A DNA stretch of 64,000 bases from Pseudomonadales bacterium (GTDB lineage Bacteria; Pseudomonadota; Gammaproteobacteria; Pseudomonadales; Azotimanducaceae): the NCBI GenBank assembly GCA_046582115.1, contig JAYGFA010000047.1:207-64206 (forward strand). The letters run 5' to 3'. Below are positions 48,802 to 57,149 of the stretch, piece by piece. Positions within the stretch are counted from its first letter, which is position 1. The number at the start of each line of letters is the position of its first letter. The notes beneath the pieces are model-generated. The model searched no databases. It saw only the letters and a list, made by a program, of their open reading frames with translations, and had not been told where the DNA came from. A program made the position numbers and the translations under genes.

Positions 48802-50160
48802 TCAGTCGGTGGCGAAAGACTGCACCAGGTCAACCATAAAAGCGGTGCCCTTTGTCAACGTTTCTAACGAAATGCGCTCGTCATTCCCATGGACACCACC
48901 ACCTTCATTTTCTGTCAATGCCGTCGGCGAGAACCCGTAACTTTGGATCCCTACATCGCGAAAAAAGTGGCTGTCCGTGAATCCCGTAGAAACCCCTGGA
49001 ATTGCCGTCGCTCCCGGAAACCACTCGCTGGTCTTGGTCTCAATTAAACGAAACAGCGACGTATCCATGGAACTGCTTGTAGGTGTAAAGCTCATAATGC
49101 GTTCAATACTCACATCTCGATCATTCACAATGGTGGTCACTTCGGCAATAAATTCGTCCACGTCTTGATCAGGTACCAATCGACAATCGAGTTCAAGTAC
49201 TGCCTCGGGCGGAACCACATTAATTTTCTTACTACCCTGTAGCGTTGTCAGCGAGCAGGTATTACGTAACAGTGCGTGATATACAGGCGCGGTCATTTGT
49301 AACGTCCGCATGAATGCCGTATCAGTTACGTGAGCGCCTACGTCTTCAAACGCGCTTTTGAGTTCGGGTCGCTGAAATTGGGCAACCCCCCGAAATAAGT
49401 TAGCGACCGGCTCAATGACCCGTGCTTCGAAGCGCGTGTCTGCGAGACGTTGTCCCGCGCGCAAAATGCGCGTAATCGCCGTCTGTCCTAGTGGAACGGA
49501 ACCATGACCCGGCCGACCCCTCGCCGTTAAACGCAGCCAAACGGGTACTTTTTGAGTGACTTCAACGAAAAAAACGGTGTTGGTACTAAATCGTCGGCCG
49601 CCGCCGCCCTCATTAAGTACATAGCCAACGCCGTCAAAGATCTCAGAACGTTTTTCTAACAACCAACCAGCACCCAAGAAACCGCCGGCTTCTCCATCCG
49701 CCGTTGCTACATAGAGAACATCTCGATTCAATTTACTGCCCGACGCGTGCAGAGCCAAAAATGCCTGCAGCTGCATGATTCCGAGTGCCTTCATGTCGAG
49801 CGCACCTCGACCGTAAAGGTATCCTTCCTTGGTAATCCCCCCATAAGGGTCGACGTTCCAGTGCGAAGCATTGGCCGGAACCACATCAATGTGATGTAAG
49901 AGGACCAATCCAGGCTTTCCGTTGCCTCGCAGTCGCGCCCATAAGTTTCCACGTCCCGGCACGGATTCTGCCGTATCGTATGGAATGCCCGCCTGCTTCA
50001 GTATCCCGCCGAGAAATTCGACGCCGCGCGTTTCGTTGCCCGGCGGGTTGGTCGTATCGACTCTTATGTATGCCGCCAATCTCTCCGGCGCGAGCTCGAC
50101 GAACGGATCTCCCGAGCTCGAAACAAAGACCAATAAGACCAGAACAATCAAAGGGCGCAA
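48802..50160 (-). CDS. secreted M20/M25/M40 family metallohydrolase homolog
   Basis: Signal peptide RPLIVLVLLVFVSSS, HHIDVVP, GRGALDMK, ATADGEAGG (in place of xDEExG), VLNEGGG. TTG start with GGAG upstream. Confidence 0.75.
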   Translation of the reverse strand: MRPLIVLVLLVFVSSSGDPFVELAPERLAAYIRVDTTNPPGNETRGVEFLGGILKQAGIPYDTAESVPGRGNLWARLRGNGKPGLVLLHHIDVVPANASHWNVDPYGGITKEGYLYGRGALDMKALGIMQLQAFLALHASGSKLNRDVLYVATADGEAGGFLGAGWLLEKRSEIFDGVGYVLNEGGGGRRFSTNTVFFVEVTQKVPVWLRLTARGRPGHGSVPLGQTAITRILRAGQRLADTRFEARVIEPVANLFRGVAQFQRPELKSAFEDVGAHVTDTAFMRTLQMTAPVYHALLRNTCSLTTLQGSKKINVVPPEAVLELDCRLVPDQDVDEFIAEVTTIVNDRDVSIERIMSFTPTSSSMDTSLFRLIETKTSEWFPGATAIPGVSTGFTDSHFFRDVGIQSYGFSPTALTENEGGGVHGNDERISLETLTKGTAFMVDLVQSFATD

Positions 50161-50231
50161 ATGCGAACTCCGGTTTGCAGTTTAGTAATCGCGCTGCCAC
50201 CATGAATGGCCACCGGGGAGGGACCATACCG

Positions 50232-51476
50232 ATGAAATTTGGGATTTTCTACGAACACCAATTGCCACGTGACTGGGACATCGAAAGTGAACACCGGCTT
50301 TTAAAACAGTCCCTTGCTCAGATCGAACTCGCTGACCAACTGGGTTTCGACTACGCCTGGCAAGTTGAACATCATTTTCTCGAAGAATACTCGCACTCAT
50401 CAGCACCGGAGGTTTTCCTCGCGGCCGCTAGCCAGCGTACCAAGAACATCCGTCTCGGGCATGGGATCGTACAGCTGACCACCAATCATCCAGCCCGGGT
50501 CGCGGAGAAAGTGGCAACGCTCGACCTCGTTTCCGATGGCCGCGTTGAGTTAGGTTTAGGTGAAGGCGCTTCTGTCACCGAATTGCACCCTTTCAATCTG
50601 CGTTTTCGCGATAAGCGTGAGGTGTGGGAAGACGCCGTCCGCTGCACCCTGCCCATGTTCTGGAACCACGCCTGGGAATACGAAGGCAAGTTCTTCAAGT
50701 TCCCTTTACGAGCCGTAGTTCCGAAACCGCTTCAAAAACCGCACCCGCCATTATGGGTGGCTTGCTCGCAGCTCGACACCATTAAGTATTCCGCACACAG
50801 GGGTATGGGTTCACTGTGCTTCAAGTTCGTCAGTCTCGATGCGGCTAAAGCTTGGGTTCACGCCTACTACAACACGTTTATACATAACCTCGAAAAACTC
50901 GCCGACTATCAGACCAACCCAAACATCGCTGTCGTCGCGGGGTTCATGTGTGCCGAGACCGATGAAAAGGCATGGGAAAAAGCGGACGGATGGACATTTT
51001 TTCAGTTTGCTTTGCAGCTTTATAACAAAGAAGGCCCTTTCGAACCTGGATCCATGAATTTTTGGGAGCGTTACCAAGAATGGAAGAAAACGCCAGAAGG
51101 TCAAAAACGAACCGGTAGCGAACTCATTGGGTCTCCGGACACCATCCGCGAACGTCTGTTGGAGCTTGAAAAATCGCACGTGGATCAAGTGATTCTCCTC
51201 AACCAAGCCGGCAAGAATACACACGCCGACATCTGCTCGAGCCTCGAATTATTCGCCCGCGAAGTGATGCCCGAATTTAAGGAACGGCATGGCGAACAAG
51301 AAGAATGGAAACAAGCGGTACTTGCGGGTGACATCGAGCTCGAGGAAATCGACACCGATCCTTTCAACTTTGCCGCGCGGTTGAAGCCGAACCAGCCTTC
51401 AACAAGCGATGCCAAGGACATGATTTCTGGGGTTACCGGCCGACCGGAAGCCGAGTCGGTTCAGAGAAGTAATTGA
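50232..51476 (+). CDS. LLM class (luciferase-like) flavin-dependent oxidoreductase
   Basis: MKFGIFYEHQLPR..., FDYAWQVEHHF. Start ATG 50232 is preceded by GGGGAGGG. Confidence 0.85.
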   Translation: MKFGIFYEHQLPRDWDIESEHRLLKQSLAQIELADQLGFDYAWQVEHHFLEEYSHSSAPEVFLAAASQRTKNIRLGHGIVQLTTNHPARVAEKVATLDLVSDGRVELGLGEGASVTELHPFNLRFRDKREVWEDAVRCTLPMFWNHAWEYEGKFFKFPLRAVVPKPLQKPHPPLWVACSQLDTIKYSAHRGMGSLCFKFVSLDAAKAWVHAYYNTFIHNLEKLADYQTNPNIAVVAGFMCAETDEKAWEKADGWTFFQFALQLYNKEGPFEPGSMNFWERYQEWKKTPEGQKRTGSELIGSPDTIRERLLELEKSHVDQVILLNQAGKNTHADICSSLELFAREVMPEFKERHGEQEEWKQAVLAGDIELEEIDTDPFNFAARLKPNQPSTSDAKDMISGVTGRPEAESVQRSN

Positions 51477-51484
51477 CGTGACCT

Positions 51485-51676
51485 TTACGATCCTCGATTA
51501 AGCGCAAGCCATACTCGCTCTGACGTCAGCGGCATGTCGATTGCCGAAACGCCACAACGACTGAGCGCATTGAGCACGGCATGAACTATAGCGGGTGGGG
51601 CACCGCAAGCGCCGTCCTCGCCGATCCCCTTCACACCTAATTCGTTGGACGGCTCAAGACTTTCTTGAAACTGACA
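51485..51676 (-). pseudogene. 3'-terminal remnant of a molybdopterin-binding xanthine dehydrogenase/CoxL-family large subunit
   Basis: My translation LEPSNELGVKGIGEDGACGAPPAIVHAVLNALSRCGVSAIDMPLTSERVWLALNRGS* matches the conserved C-terminus of this family. Only about 60 codons are present, with an in-frame TGA upstream. Confidence 0.6.
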
Positions 51677-51749
51677 TCAATCCTTGGCACGTGCGCGGCC
51701 GCACACCGAACGAAAATCGCTCGATTTTCTTCACCGCCCTCCCCGTTTC

Positions 51750-52004
51750 CTATTGGTGGTCCTTGTAATTAAGTCCCACGCAGAGAATCTTGTCGGGTGC
51801 AGTGATGGTTGGAAGATAGACGATTTCGCTGAGTCCATAATCGGGACCCTCGCCGATTCCTGCAGACAATTCTGTCAGCGCGTCGCCGGCGATGGCTGCT
51901 CTCAGACTATTGACGTCAGACCGAGTTCCTACATCGGCAACCCCATCACCAACCACACAGCCAAATGTTTCGAGGCCGTTCGCCGCGTACGTCAACCACT
52001 TCAT
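51750..52004 (-). pseudogene. truncated fumarylacetoacetate hydrolase (FAH) family gene, N-terminal 84 codons
   Basis: MKWLTYAANG...LPTITAPDKILCVGLNYKDHQ* is the N-terminal domain plus the start of the catalytic domain of roughly 280-aa FAH proteins. Premature TAG, and the downstream sequence is degenerate. Confidence 0.65.
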
Positions 52005-52013
52005 GACGGGTTC

Positions 52014-53099
52014 TTAGTTATCAAAAACGATGACGCTACGCGCAACTTCGCCAGTTTCGAGAGCAAGTAGCGCATCGGTGACGTCTTCAAGTTTGATACG
52101 ACTAGAAACCATATCATCCAGGTGCAACCTACCTTGCAGATAAAAGTCGATGAACCGTGGCATATCCACACGGAAGCGATTCGAGCCCATCATGGAGCCC
52201 TGAATGGTCTTTTCTTGAAGAAATTCAACACCATGTAGGGTCACCATATCGCCTGGTGGAATCATACCGATAATGGTCGCTGTACCACCCCGCCGCAGCA
52301 TCTGAAATGCCTGTTCCGCGGTCACTTTGAGGCCAATGGCCTCGAACGAATAATGCACACCACCGCCCGTGAGCGCTTGAACCTGCGACACCGCGTCACC
52401 ACCACTGGCATCGACTACATCGGTCGCGCCAAATTTACGCGCGAGTTCGAGCTTGGATGCAACCTTGTCAACGGCAATAACACGGCTGGCACCAGCGAGC
52501 GCCGCTCCATTGATACAGGACAAACCCACACCCCCGCATCCAATCACCGCAACCGTCGCTCCAGGTTCTACTGCAGCGGTGTGGATGACGGCGCCTACGC
52601 CCGTCGTCACCGCACAGCCAATGAGTGCTGCTCGATCGAGCGGCATATCTTCTCGGATCTTGACGACGGAATGCTCGTGTACGAGCATCATCTCCGCGAA
52701 TGAACCCAAATTGGCAAACTGGTTGAGGAGATCACCGCCGTGACTCAACCGCGGATCTTCAGTCGGTCCACGTCGAACTTCTGGCTCCTGACAAAGTGAC
52801 ATGTGACCGGTAAGGCAGTATTCGCAATGCCCGCAAAATACCGATAGACACGTGATCACATGGTCACCCGGCTTCACGTAACTAACATCACTACCAACTT
52901 GATCGACAATGCCCGCCGATTCGTGACCGAGCACGATCGGCAACTGTCCAGGATACGTCCCGTTGAAAAAGTGCATGTCGGAATGACACACGCCGGCGGC
53001 GGAAGTGCGGATCAGTATCTCACGGGGGCCGGGTTTCGATATCTCGATCTCCTCAACCTCCATCGGTTTGTCTACTTCTCTGAATACCGCAGCTTTCAT
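52014..53099 (-). CDS. zinc-dependent alcohol dehydrogenase (class III-like)
   Basis: GVCHSDMH, GHESAG, a structural-zinc Cys cluster CGHCEYC, GCGGVG. Start ATG 53099. Confidence 0.85.
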   Translation of the reverse strand: MKAAVFREVDKPMEVEEIEISKPGPREILIRTSAAGVCHSDMHFFNGTYPGQLPIVLGHESAGIVDQVGSDVSYVKPGDHVITCLSVFCGHCEYCLTGHMSLCQEPEVRRGPTEDPRLSHGGDLLNQFANLGSFAEMMLVHEHSVVKIREDMPLDRAALIGCAVTTGVGAVIHTAAVEPGATVAVIGCGGVGLSCINGAALAGASRVIAVDKVASKLELARKFGATDVVDASGGDAVSQVQALTGGGVHYSFEAIGLKVTAEQAFQMLRRGGTATIIGMIPPGDMVTLHGVEFLQEKTIQGSMMGSNRFRVDMPRFIDFYLQGRLHLDDMVSSRIKLEDVTDALLALETGEVARSVIVFDN

Positions 53100-53226
53100 A
53101 TCATCACCCCTGTCTGATACTTCAATCGAGTGTGCCAGACCGTCCAACCGCCCGCCACTTTACGGTATCGCAGATACACACAGAAATCGGTCTGCGTATG
53201 GTTGATTCGTCCTGCGGGCTCCGATC

Positions 53227-54189
53227 TTACGCGACGTTCGAAAGAGCCCCTTGCGCCAGCATCACTGCAGCATCGAGCGCAGCGGTTGTACCACGGCTAT
53301 CGGCAACACCGCGTCCTGCAATATCAAACGCGGTACCGTGATCGACAGAGGTACGAACAAAAGGTATCCCCAGTGTAGCCGACACGCTTTCGTGAAAATT
53401 ATGCACTTTGATAGCGATGTGTCCCTGATCGTGGTACATCGCGAGGACAACATCGAATTCGCCTTCGATCGCGCGATTGAACACCGAATCGGCTGGTAAC
53501 GGTCCGCGGGCATCGATGCCGCGTTCCTTCGCAGCCTCGACCGCAGGCCCAATCGCATCGATTTCCTCGCGACCCAGTAATCCGCCCTCTCCACCGTGCG
53601 GGTTGAGCGCCGCTACCGCAATTTTGATGCGATCGAGACCCCAGCTAGTAAGGGTCCGGTGACAAAGATCGATCTTCTCCAATACATTGTCACGGGTCAC
53701 ATATTGGCCTGCTTCGATCAACGATTTGTGCGTCGATAAATGGACTACCCGTAGGCCCGGCGTCATTAACATAGTCGCGGTCGCGTCCACGCCGGCGAGT
53801 CGAGCTAGAATCTCCTGGTGCCCGATGTCGTCATACCCAGCAGCATGGATGGCTTCTTTATTGAGCGGACAAGTCATCATCGCATCGATCTGTCCGGTCA
53901 ACGCATCGGCTGCGGCGGCTTCAACGGCTTCAACGGCTATTCGACCACATACAGGAGACACCACTCCCAGTTCGAAGTCCTCGGGCTTGTCTATTCCAAC
54001 GTCGACCAATCTATAGCGCGCGTTCGGCGACACCCCAGCGATCTCGGCACCTAACTCCAGCGCCCATTTCGTTCCATACACAACGATTTCACACTTCGTA
54101 GACGCATCATCCAAGGCCCGAGCGAAGACTTCCGGACCAATGCCAGCAGGATCACCAAGCGTCACACCGATGATTAAGTTTCCCTTCAT
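53227..54189 (-). CDS. pdxA: PdxA family dehydrogenase (4-hydroxythreonine-4-phosphate dehydrogenase-like)
   Basis: GVTLGDPAGIGPEV N-terminus, HLSTHKSL, VRTSVDHGTAFDIAG. Confidence 0.85.
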   Translation of the reverse strand: MKGNLIIGVTLGDPAGIGPEVFARALDDASTKCEIVVYGTKWALELGAEIAGVSPNARYRLVDVGIDKPEDFELGVVSPVCGRIAVEAVEAAAADALTGQIDAMMTCPLNKEAIHAAGYDDIGHQEILARLAGVDATATMLMTPGLRVVHLSTHKSLIEAGQYVTRDNVLEKIDLCHRTLTSWGLDRIKIAVAALNPHGGEGGLLGREEIDAIGPAVEAAKERGIDARGPLPADSVFNRAIEGEFDVVLAMYHDQGHIAIKVHNFHESVSATLGIPFVRTSVDHGTAFDIAGRGVADSRGTTAALDAAVMLAQGALSNVA

Positions 54190-54200
54190 GCATTCAACAT

Positions 54201-54224
54201 AATACTGTATATATATACAGTATT
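54201..54224. promoter_or_regulatory. LexA (SOS) operator, perfect consensus
   Basis: AATACTGTATATATATACAGTATT is a perfect 24-bp palindrome. The inner 20 nt equal TACTGTATATATATACAGTA. Confidence 0.8.
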
Positions 54225-54464
54225 ATGCCCAACACGATCGATGACCTGCGTATGGTGTTCGAACTTTTTGGCGTGTGCACGGCATGTCATCGAACTGAAC
54301 TACTTGATCTCGATATGCTGCACGAACGTTTCGGTCGTGACTGCCCAATCGCGAAAGTCCGTGACCGTGTTCGGTGCATCCAATGTGGCGCCTTTACCCG
54401 TGACATACGAATTGTCTACGTGGGTCGATGCGGTGTGGCTCGCGGATTCCATTATCGAACCTAG
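54225..54464 (+). CDS. hypothetical 79-aa protein with two CxxC pairs (zinc-ribbon-like)
   Basis: The ORF exactly fills the gap between pdxA and ribBA. CTAC (18-21) and CIQC (51-54). The ATG directly follows the LexA box. No SD. Confidence 0.5.
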   Translation: MPNTIDDLRMVFELFGVCTACHRTELLDLDMLHERFGRDCPIAKVRDRVRCIQCGAFTRDIRIVYVGRCGVARGFHYRT

Positions 54465-54469
54465 CTTAA

Positions 54470-55585
54470 TCAACCCGTCAGGAGCTCAGTTGCGTCCACT
54501 TCCAGCCCAAATCCATCGAGCCCAACGAAGTCCATCTCCCGCCCCGCAAGTATGCGAATGTGCTGAGCACCTAAGTCACGAAGGATTTGAGCACCTACAC
54601 CGATTTCTAACCATTCGTGCCTACGTTCGGACTCACGGCTCCTGAGCTCGCCCACGTCTTTTGAATCAAGATGATCCAGCGGAACGCCGACAAAGCCACT
54701 ACGAAGATAGATGAGAATACCCCCTCCCAATTCCCCAATTCGCTGTAGGGAGACATCGAGCAAATTATTTTCATGCTCACTCTGAGGCCCAAACACATCT
54801 TCGATCAGCTTCTCCCGATGAATTCTGACCGCCACCCCCTCGCTCGCAATGACATCACCGAAGACCAGAGCAAGATGTTCCGCATCTTCAAACTTGGTCC
54901 GGTATGCGTACGCGCGCGCCCTACCAATCCGCGTATTCACATGGAATTCTCTGCTTCTAACCACCAATTGCTCGCGGTGTTGTCTATACGCAATTAAGTC
55001 CGCAATGGAGATCATTTTGAGGCTGTGTTCCGCCGCGAACTCAACGAGATCGGTTAATCGTTTAACGGACCCGTCGTCGTTTAAAATCTCGGCAAGTAAT
55101 CCCACGTGTCCGCACCCGGCCGCTTCCGAAAGATCGATCGCTGCTTCCGTATGTCCCGATCGAACCATCACGCCTCCCGTTCTTCCAACGAGCGGGAAAA
55201 TGTGGCCAGGACGAACAAAATCCTCTGCTTGCGTGTTGTTAGTTGAAAGCGCCGCCACGGTGTTGGCACGCTCTTCAGCTGAAATACCGGTTGTTAGTCC
55301 TTTACGGTAGTCAACGCTCACCGTAAAAGCAGTCGACAGAGGCGCGTCGTTGCGGGCAACCATGGGTTCCAGATGGAGCCGCGTGGCGTGTTCTTGGTTG
55401 ATCGGCGTGCACAAAATGCCGCTGGTATGGCGAATCATAAACGCGACCTTGTCCGTCGATGCTTTCGACCCGGCCATGATCAAATCGCCTTCGTTCTCTC
55501 GATCGTCATCATCCACGACGACCACGAGTTCGCCCGCTGCAATCGCAGATATTGCGTCTTCTACCCGGTCGAATGTCGTAGCCAT
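54470..55585 (-). CDS. ribB: 3,4-dihydroxy-2-butanone-4-phosphate synthase with a degenerate GTP cyclohydrolase II-like C-terminal domain (RibBX type)
   Basis: RibB core DDDDRENEGDLIMAG. The C-terminal domain aligns to RibA, but HSEC...RCDCG is replaced by HREK...SEHEN, so no zinc cysteines remain. Confidence 0.85.
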   Translation of the reverse strand: MATTFDRVEDAISAIAAGELVVVVDDDDRENEGDLIMAGSKASTDKVAFMIRHTSGILCTPINQEHATRLHLEPMVARNDAPLSTAFTVSVDYRKGLTTGISAEERANTVAALSTNNTQAEDFVRPGHIFPLVGRTGGVMVRSGHTEAAIDLSEAAGCGHVGLLAEILNDDGSVKRLTDLVEFAAEHSLKMISIADLIAYRQHREQLVVRSREFHVNTRIGRARAYAYRTKFEDAEHLALVFGDVIASEGVAVRIHREKLIEDVFGPQSEHENNLLDVSLQRIGELGGGILIYLRSGFVGVPLDHLDSKDVGELRSRESERRHEWLEIGVGAQILRDLGAQHIRILAGREMDFVGLDGFGLEVDATELLTG

Positions 55586-55645
55586 GCACTACCCTGACTG
55601 CTAAGTTTGCGCGCCTGCAAGAGTATCACGGGGTCCACGATTACA

Positions 55646-57141
55646 GTGAAATCCGCACATTTAGCGCTGCACACGGATTTTATTATCGACACGGTCGATG
55701 ACCGAATCTTCGGCGGATTTCTCGAACACATGGGTCGCTCGATATATGAGGGGGTCTACGATCCAGAATCCACGCACGCCGATGAAGATGGCATTAGAAC
55801 TGACGTTATCGAAGCGCTACGCCAACTTGAAATCTCGGTCGTGCGCTATCCCGGTGGTAATTTTGCCTCGGGTTATACTTGCTCGACGGCGTTGGAGCAA
55901 AATCAGCGCGTCCCGTGGTCAGAGAGTTGGCGTGGCAAAGCGTCGAGCCGAACCAATTTGGCACTGATGAATTTATCCAGCTGTGCCGTAAACTGGACTG
56001 GACGCCGATGCTTGCCGTCAATCTCGGTACGGGTACACCGGAGGAGGCACGTAACTGGGTCGAATACTGCAACGCCCAAGCGGGGACAAAATTTGCCGAC
56101 ATGCGTGTCGAAAACGGCAGTGTGACGCCGCACGCAGTACCTCTTTGGTGTCTCGGAAACGAAATGGACGGGCCGTGGCAACTTGGTCATGTTCCCGCCG
56201 GCGAATACGCTATTTCCGCGCAACAAGCCGCCAAGATGATGAAAGGGTGTGATCGCACGATTCAGACCGTCGCGTGTGGTTCATCGGGTCCCCAAATGCC
56301 AACGTTTGGCGATTGGGATCGGACAATCCTTGAAGAAATGGGGGCAGGACTTGCGGACTATATAAGTTTGCATCGATACGTAGGCAATCCAGACGGCAAC
56401 CTGACAGACTACCTGGCACTGTCCAACGCGATCGATCAACAAATCGAAACCATCGACGCATGTGCTCGGTACGTGCAAGGAAAGCGCCGATCCAGCCGTC
56501 GTTCCTACCTATGCTTCGACGAGTGGAACGTTTGGTATCGCGCCCGAGGTGGTAGTCACAGCGATGGACAAGGCCAATTTGCACCGCACCTAATCGAAGA
56601 GCGGTACAACTTTGAGGATGCCCTTGTGGTAGCCATGTTTCTCATGAGTTTTGTTCGACACGCCGATGCGGTCAAAATCGCCAACCTAGCGCAGCTAGTG
56701 AACGTTATCGGCCCGATCCAGACCCGCGGCAATCAACTTCTTAAGCAGTCCATTTATTACGCCTTCCAAATGATCTCCGCACGCAAAGGAGGCATTGCCC
56801 TTCGACATTCCATTACCTCCAACGGGTACGAAAGCGGTGTCTACGGATACGTCAATGATCTCGACAGCGCTTCGATCATCGAAGGCAACCTCCTGAAAGT
56901 CTTTGCGCTTAATCGCGATCCCGTGGAACCAATGGAATTGAAAATCTCCGTTGCTGATCAAAGTATTGATCGTGTGGTTACATCGGACATCCTGCACGCC
57001 GAGTCTACCGATGCTTCCAACGACTTTGACGATCCTGAGGTCGTCGTGTCGCGCAGATACGAGGGTTGGGTGATCCAAAACGATGCGACGACTCAAATCC
57101 CGCCGCTTGGACTGACTGCGACGACATTTGAACTGGCCTGA
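55646..57141 (+). pseudogene. GH51 alpha-L-arabinofuranosidase interrupted by a -1 frame change near 55880
   Basis: Frame 1 reads DDRIFGGFLEHMGRSIYEGVY...RYPGGNFASGY. Frame 2 continues LDGVGAKSARP...NQFGTDEF...CLGNEMDGPWQ...CFDEWNVW (both catalytic Glu motifs). A single extra G (ACT TGG CTC) would restore GYTWLDGVG. Confidence 0.8.
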
Positions 57142-57149
57142 ACCCTCGC

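Noticed and set aside
54207-54218. (TA)n tract as a microsatellite, phase-variable repeat or plain AT-rich -10 region
   Set aside because: It is the central spacer of a perfect 24-bp palindrome that matches the LexA consensus base for base. A simple repeat would not explain the flanking CTG/CAG arms.
54241-54645. 134-aa plus-strand ORF in the pdxA/ribB gap, an alternative to the 79-aa ORF
   Set aside because: It runs 175 nt into the well-supported ribB gene on the opposite strand and has an Arg/Ser/Pro-rich, shadow-frame composition. The 79-aa frame fits the gap exactly.
55586-55645. FMN riboswitch upstream of ribB
   Set aside because: Only about 60 nt separate ribB from the divergent GH51 gene. 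That is too short for an FMN element, and none of its conserved blocks is visible.
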